A DNA stretch of 64,000 nt. It comes from Flavobacteriales bacterium. Lineage in GTDB: Bacteria > Bacteroidota > Bacteroidia > Flavobacteriales_G > JALEGO01. Positions 59,630 through 64,000 of this stretch are shown here, in pieces. The stretch lies in the NCBI GenBank assembly GCA_020629755.1, contig JAHDCS010000001.1:72103-136102 (forward strand), read 5' to 3'. The position numbers were made by a program, and so were the translations under genes. The first letter of the stretch is position 1. Every line of letters starts with the position of its first letter. The notes beneath the pieces were generated by a model, which had not been told where the DNA came from, searched no databases, and saw only the letters and a list, made by a program, of their open reading frames with translations.

Positions 59630-60689
59630 ATTTTAGTATTTGTTGATGAAAATTCTCTTTATCTGACGCGTCAAAATCAATGGTTATCGGAAGCACATAA
59701 AAAGGCAATTCAAATAGTTTTTTTGCAAAATTGAGATGTTTCAACCGAGTCACATCTTTTTGCGTGGTCAAAATTATTTTATTTATCCCATAAAATGCAT
59801 TAAATAAATCATAAATTTTATTGACATCCTTCTTGCTAAACGCATGATGGTCTTTAAACTTAAGATGCTCAAGCTTATTTACTTTCATTTTGATATGATA
59901 AAAAATATGTTCAGTATGCGCAATACCCGTAAAAAGAAATACAGATGTCTTCTTATTCAGACTATGTTTATAGTTAAATGCATGGAGTGGTTTAATGCTC
60001 TTATATACAATATGGCTGAAAAATAAATGCTGATGTGTCCCTGGATTTAACTGTTCTTTAATAAGTCTTTTTTCAATTGGGGGGATGCTATTAAATCCTC
60101 CAGTTACTATAATAATGTCTGCTCGTCTTGCGTTTGCTTTTGCTTCTCTTAAAGTCCCTAAAGGAGCAATAAAATCTTTGGTATAAAGTTTATCGCTGCG
60201 TGTTAGTAAAATCATTAAGCCTGTCGATAGTTTTCTGTGCTGAAACACATCGTCTAACACTACTGCTTTTACATTTTTTTTTTGCTCCACTATATTTTGA
60301 ACTCCCCGCACCCTACTTTGATCTACAAAGACTAAACTCTCAGGATTTAATTCTTTTATCATAATAGGCTCATCGCCAAATTGATCAGATGTGACTAAGC
60401 CATTTTTGACTTCTAAAAAGCCTTTTGTATTTCTGCCATATCCACGTGATAAAAAAGCAATGTTTTTATCTGGATGAAAATTTTTGATTAAAAACTCAAT
60501 AATGTATGATGCGTGTGGCGTCTTCCCCGTTCCACCAAAACTTAAATTGCCTACTCCTATTGTTTTGATTTCAGACTCAAATGAAAATGATTTAAACACC
60601 CCGAAATCATAGAATATATTTCTAAAAAAGGTCAGAATATACCACATAAAGCCGACAGGGCTTAGTAAAATGTATTTTAATCCTCGCAA
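59613..60689 (-). CDS. lpxK: Tetraacyldisaccharide 4'-kinase
   Basis: P-loop 'VGNLSFGGTGKTP', then 'LSRGYGR' and 'DDVFQHR'. Confidence 0.9.
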   Translation of the reverse strand: MRGLKYILLSPVGFMWYILTFFRNIFYDFGVFKSFSFESEIKTIGVGNLSFGGTGKTPHASYIIEFLIKNFHPDKNIAFLSRGYGRNTKGFLEVKNGLVTSDQFGDEPIMIKELNPESLVFVDQSRVRGVQNIVEQKKNVKAVVLDDVFQHRKLSTGLMILLTRSDKLYTKDFIAPLGTLREAKANARRADIIIVTGGFNSIPPIEKRLIKEQLNPGTHQHLFFSHIVYKSIKPLHAFNYKHSLNKKTSVFLFTGIAHTEHIFYHIKMKVNKLEHLKFKDHHAFSKKDVNKIYDLFNAFYGINKIILTTQKDVTRLKHLNFAKKLFELPFYVLPITIDFDASDKENFHQQILKYVRSN

Positions 60690-60787
60690 AACTTAGAAAA
60701 AATACAAAAAAATACACAGAACATAACTGTGGTTTTGCTTAGATAAACCCAGATTAAACTTTACATGACGTATATTGTTAGATACAC

Positions 60788-61714
60788 ATGGCTAAAACCA
60801 TTTTAATTTCTGGTGCTACCGGGCTTGTCGGACAAAGACTAGCAGCTCATTTTTTATCAAAAGGACATATTGTTCATGCATTGTCACGAAAAAAAAGGCC
60901 CTCTACACCACATATGCGTTTTTTTACCTGGGATTTAAAGACCTCTCAAGCAGATCCAGAGGCTTTCAAAAACATTTCTTGTTTTATACATTTAGCTGGT
61001 GCATCCATCGGGGATAAACGGTGGACTAAAAAGAGAAAAAAACAGATCATTCAAAGCCGAATCAAAGGACTGCAACTTGCCTTTGCTATGTTTCAAAAAC
61101 AAAATGCTTTTCCAAAACAGGTGATCGGAGCCTCTGCCATTGGTTATTACGGCAATAACGATTTTACCACTAAATTTAAAGAATCGTATGTTTCAAAAGC
61201 TACTGATTTTTCGTCTGAAGTATGCCAGAACTGGGAAGCAGAAACCCATATATTTACCCCCCATAGTTTGGTAAGTCTCATTCGAATCGGAGTCGTTCTA
61301 GATCGGAATAAAGGCGCTCTACCTAAGCTGGTAATGCCTGTTAAATACTATCTTGCTCAGCCTCTAGGAAATGGACAACAGCCCATTAGCTGGATTCACA
61401 TTAAAGATCTAATTCGATTGATTGATCATGTTTGCACTCGTCAGCTTGAAGGATGCTATAATGCCGTGAGCGATCAGGTACTTAGTCAAAAAGAATTCAC
61501 ACAAACGACTGCACGCGTTTTAAGCCGTCCATTCTGGCCTATTCCCGTGCCTAAATCTATATTAAAACTCATACTCGGCGAACAAAGTGAATTGGTGCTT
61601 AAAGGACAAAGGGTTTGTAATGAAAAGATTAAAGAAAGTGGATTTTCTTTTCAATACTCTACGCTACATGATGCTTTACAAAATATCCTAATTACAGGAT
61701 CTAATAATTCGTGA
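60788..61714 (+). CDS. TIGR01777-family NAD-dependent epimerase/dehydratase (YfcH-like, DUF1731 C-terminus)
   Basis: Rossmann motif 'ILISGATGLVG' and C-terminal 'SGFSFQY'. Confidence 0.8.
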   Translation: MAKTILISGATGLVGQRLAAHFLSKGHIVHALSRKKRPSTPHMRFFTWDLKTSQADPEAFKNISCFIHLAGASIGDKRWTKKRKKQIIQSRIKGLQLAFAMFQKQNAFPKQVIGASAIGYYGNNDFTTKFKESYVSKATDFSSEVCQNWEAETHIFTPHSLVSLIRIGVVLDRNKGALPKLVMPVKYYLAQPLGNGQQPISWIHIKDLIRLIDHVCTRQLEGCYNAVSDQVLSQKEFTQTTARVLSRPFWPIPVPKSILKLILGEQSELVLKGQRVCNEKIKESGFSFQYSTLHDALQNILITGSNNS

Positions 61715-61796
61715 AAACATCCATAATAAAAAAGAGCCCTCGCTTACGCTTAGGCCCTTTTCCTCTCAATTATGAATTTGTCCTGTGTTTTTAATC

Positions 61797-63533
61797 TTAA
61801 TTCAGTAATGCACTAAAAGCACCATCAGACTTAAACTTAATAAACTCTGCGTTTTTCATTGCCTTTGCTTTAAAGCTGCTGTCTTTATCAATAGCCATCT
61901 TTAAGTTAGAGGCAGCACCAGCTGCATCTCCTTTTCTAGCTGACGCAATAGCTTTAAAATAATGACCAAGAGCTGTGCCGTTCTCTTCAGAGACATCTGC
62001 AGTGCTTAAAGCACCATCAGGATCACCATTTAAAGCTTTAGCAAGGGCCAAATTAAAACTATTTCCGTGTGCACTTAGGTTTGAAACGGCCTCAGCATAT
62101 TCACCTTCCATTACATTAATAATACCCAAGTTATGAGACACCTCTGTGCCAGCTCCAGCGGCTTTAGAGTAGTACTCTTTCGCTTTATCAACATCACCTT
62201 GTCTTCTGGCAATAGCACCTAAATTATTCATTACGGTAGGCTCATTCGCTTTCGCTGTATTTGCTTTTTCAAAAGCGGCTTTAGCTTCATCTAATTTACC
62301 TTGCGTGTACAACACATATCCAATGTTGTTTTGCGTTCTCCAATCATCAGAAAATTGAGCAGCTGCTGCTTTATAGACTCCTAGTTTCTGATTTAAATCA
62401 TCAAACAATGTAGCGGCTTTTAAAATTTCTTCTACATTTAATATCTCAGGATTAGATGTAGATAATGTTTTTAATTCATCATCAGAATACCCCGTTTTTT
62501 CAGCCGTTACATTGATCATTGCACGTCTTAACTTAGGCATAATCTCTCTTGAGATTGACAGATAAGTCTTTGAAAGGTTTTTAATCTCTTGCTCTCTCTT
62601 TTCAACATCTGTCTGAGACTGAAGAATTCTAATAATCAAATCTTTGTCTGCTATGTTAGACGCTTCCATTTCAGATCTAAATCCTTCCCAGTCTTCACCT
62701 TTACCTCCAGAAGTATACCCTTCATCAGCTAAAGCAGCATCTTTTTTAAGTTGTTTGTACATCTTCTTAACCGCCTTCATCGCGCTCTCTGCTCTGTCAT
62801 TGGCAAGATTTTCATTTTTCAACAATTCTCCATCAGGCGACGCATACGCACTAACAGAAATTCCTTTTACAGCAATTCTATTCGCTTCAGCGCTATCAAT
62901 AAAAGTTTTAAGCGCCTTGATGTTATCGTCTCTAAGCTCAGAAGATCTTACTGTAGGAGAGTTTACTAAATAGTGAATGTCTGCTGATGTGTTAGCAGGC
63001 GTTACTCTAACAAATTGATCTTTCCCTGCAATTACCCTTTCATCGCCTTTAACAAGCAGTTGAGTAATAATGGTTCCGTCAGCCGTTTTAACCGCCGGAA
63101 GGTCTTTCTCCTTTTTCTTAAAGGTACCGTGAATTCTGTATTCTAAAGTAGCTGTTTCCATGTCTGGATCATACTTTACTTTATCTGACCATGAAATATC
63201 ACCTCCTTTCTCATACATCATTTTTTGACCTTCACCTTCTACTACTTCTCCAATCACTGTTTTGGTGGTAAACTCATGCGTTTTTGGCGTTGCGCTTCCG
63301 GCAGGATAAATAAGCACTGGTGTAATATCCGCCTTTACTTTTTTATGCCAATACTCTGGAGGGATAGTTCCCTTGAATGTTACAGCAACCTCATCTCCTT
63401 TAAGTTCTAAAGGATTAGGCTCAGCACCGTATTTTACTAGGGGAGCGTTCTTGATCATCTTGTTTAGCGGATTGCAGCTTGCTAAAACTAAAGAAGAACC
63501 AACGATTAAAAGAAACAGTCTAGGTGTTTTCAT
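61797..63533 (-). CDS. Lipoprotein with C-terminal TPR repeats
   Basis: Lipobox 'LVLASC'. C-terminal half has TPR-like repeats, for example 'NNIGYVLYTQGKLDEAKAAFEKA' and 'NLGAIARRQGDVDKAKEYYSKA'. Confidence 0.65.
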   Translation of the reverse strand: MKTPRLFLLIVGSSLVLASCNPLNKMIKNAPLVKYGAEPNPLELKGDEVAVTFKGTIPPEYWHKKVKADITPVLIYPAGSATPKTHEFTTKTVIGEVVEGEGQKMMYEKGGDISWSDKVKYDPDMETATLEYRIHGTFKKKEKDLPAVKTADGTIITQLLVKGDERVIAGKDQFVRVTPANTSADIHYLVNSPTVRSSELRDDNIKALKTFIDSAEANRIAVKGISVSAYASPDGELLKNENLANDRAESAMKAVKKMYKQLKKDAALADEGYTSGGKGEDWEGFRSEMEASNIADKDLIIRILQSQTDVEKREQEIKNLSKTYLSISREIMPKLRRAMINVTAEKTGYSDDELKTLSTSNPEILNVEEILKAATLFDDLNQKLGVYKAAAAQFSDDWRTQNNIGYVLYTQGKLDEAKAAFEKANTAKANEPTVMNNLGAIARRQGDVDKAKEYYSKAAGAGTEVSHNLGIINVMEGEYAEAVSNLSAHGNSFNLALAKALNGDPDGALSTADVSEENGTALGHYFKAIASARKGDAAGAASNLKMAIDKDSSFKAKAMKNAEFIKFKSDGAFSALLN

Positions 63534-63760
63534 ATGTTGAGTAATTATTTATGAACACAATATTATACAATGATTTGATACTCGTCAAATTTTTTTTGTT
63601 TTTTACAAACACCCCAATGTGGATAATTACATCAAAACCCCAATTAGATCATAGCTTGGACCTCTTTTTGATCCTCCTACATATTTTTAAAATAGAATCC
63701 CACATAGGTCTTATGAAGATTTTTTAGTGTATTTTTTGGATATAATTTAGGACAATCACA

Positions 63761-64000
63761 ATGTGTATACCCATAAAGCCGTTACTTTTTTCTGCCTTTT
63801 TACTCTCTTTTTCTCTGGGCCTATCCTCCCAAAAAACAAAAAGCATTGACTTTATTTTAAATTGGGAAACCAAAACGATAGGCAAAGATACCTTTAGAGT
63901 AGTGACCATAAACGGCATGTTTCCTGGGCCTAATCTGAGTATTCAAAAAAAGAAAAGCACATCGATCACCATTAAAAATAATTTAGGAGAACCTACATCC
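63761..64000 (+). CDS. Multicopper oxidase, 3'-partial (runs off the window; not in the ORF track)
   Basis: The ATG at 63761 opens a frame to the window end. Signal peptide 'MCIPIKPLLFSAFLLSFSLGLSSQ' is followed by 'TINGMFPGPNLSIQKKKSTSITIKNNLGEPTS', the cupredoxin domain-1 pattern that precedes the HWHG copper site. Confidence 0.65.
   Translation, partial: MCIPIKPLLFSAFLLSFSLGLSSQKTKSIDFILNWETKTIGKDTFRVVTINGMFPGPNLSIQKKKSTSITIKNNLGEPTS

Overview
The window is a chromosomal segment from a low-GC Bacteroidota genome, probably Flavobacteriia-like; genus cannot be called from sequence alone. Supporting signs are four large surface proteins with T9SS C-terminal sorting domains, TAnnTTTG -7 promoter boxes, and lptC/coaX/PpiD-like/CNNM gene neighbourhoods.

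Most of the window is housekeeping:
- Translation and tRNAs: thrS-infC-rpmI-rplT, tRNA-Phe, tRNA-Lys, tRNA-Leu.
- Core functions: secA, upp, rnhB, adk, obg, rsmG, a PNP gene, lpxK.
- Heme synthesis: hemA plus a fused hemC/hemD.
- Transport and envelope: exbB-exbD-tonB, several glycosyltransferases, two ECF sigma factors, OmpA-family and TPR proteins.

No CRISPR array, rRNA, integrase or transposase was seen.

Observations worth follow-up:
1. An iterated motif, T-rich/GGGGGGAT(G), accounts for 20 of the 24 G/C homopolymer runs of 6 nt or more that I found. It occurs on both strands, in several reading frames and once intergenically.
2. A ~220-bp, ~95% identical direct repeat covers a terminator, the thrS promoter and the first 35 thrS codons. 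The two copies bracket a single AlbA_2/Schlafen-like ATPase-wHTH gene, which carries a perfect 5x12-bp in-frame microsatellite.
3. A degenerate tRNA-Phe 3' fragment lies just downstream of tRNA-Phe, at the left edge of the same ~6-kb accessory segment.
4. A 2x270-bp near-identical tandem duplication sits inside a 1385-aa BspA-like/SprB-repeat T9SS adhesin.
5. A perfect 19-bp inverted repeat pair flanks 128 bp in a divergent OmpA-family/AraC intergenic region.

All coordinates and counts come from manual reading and should be recomputed.
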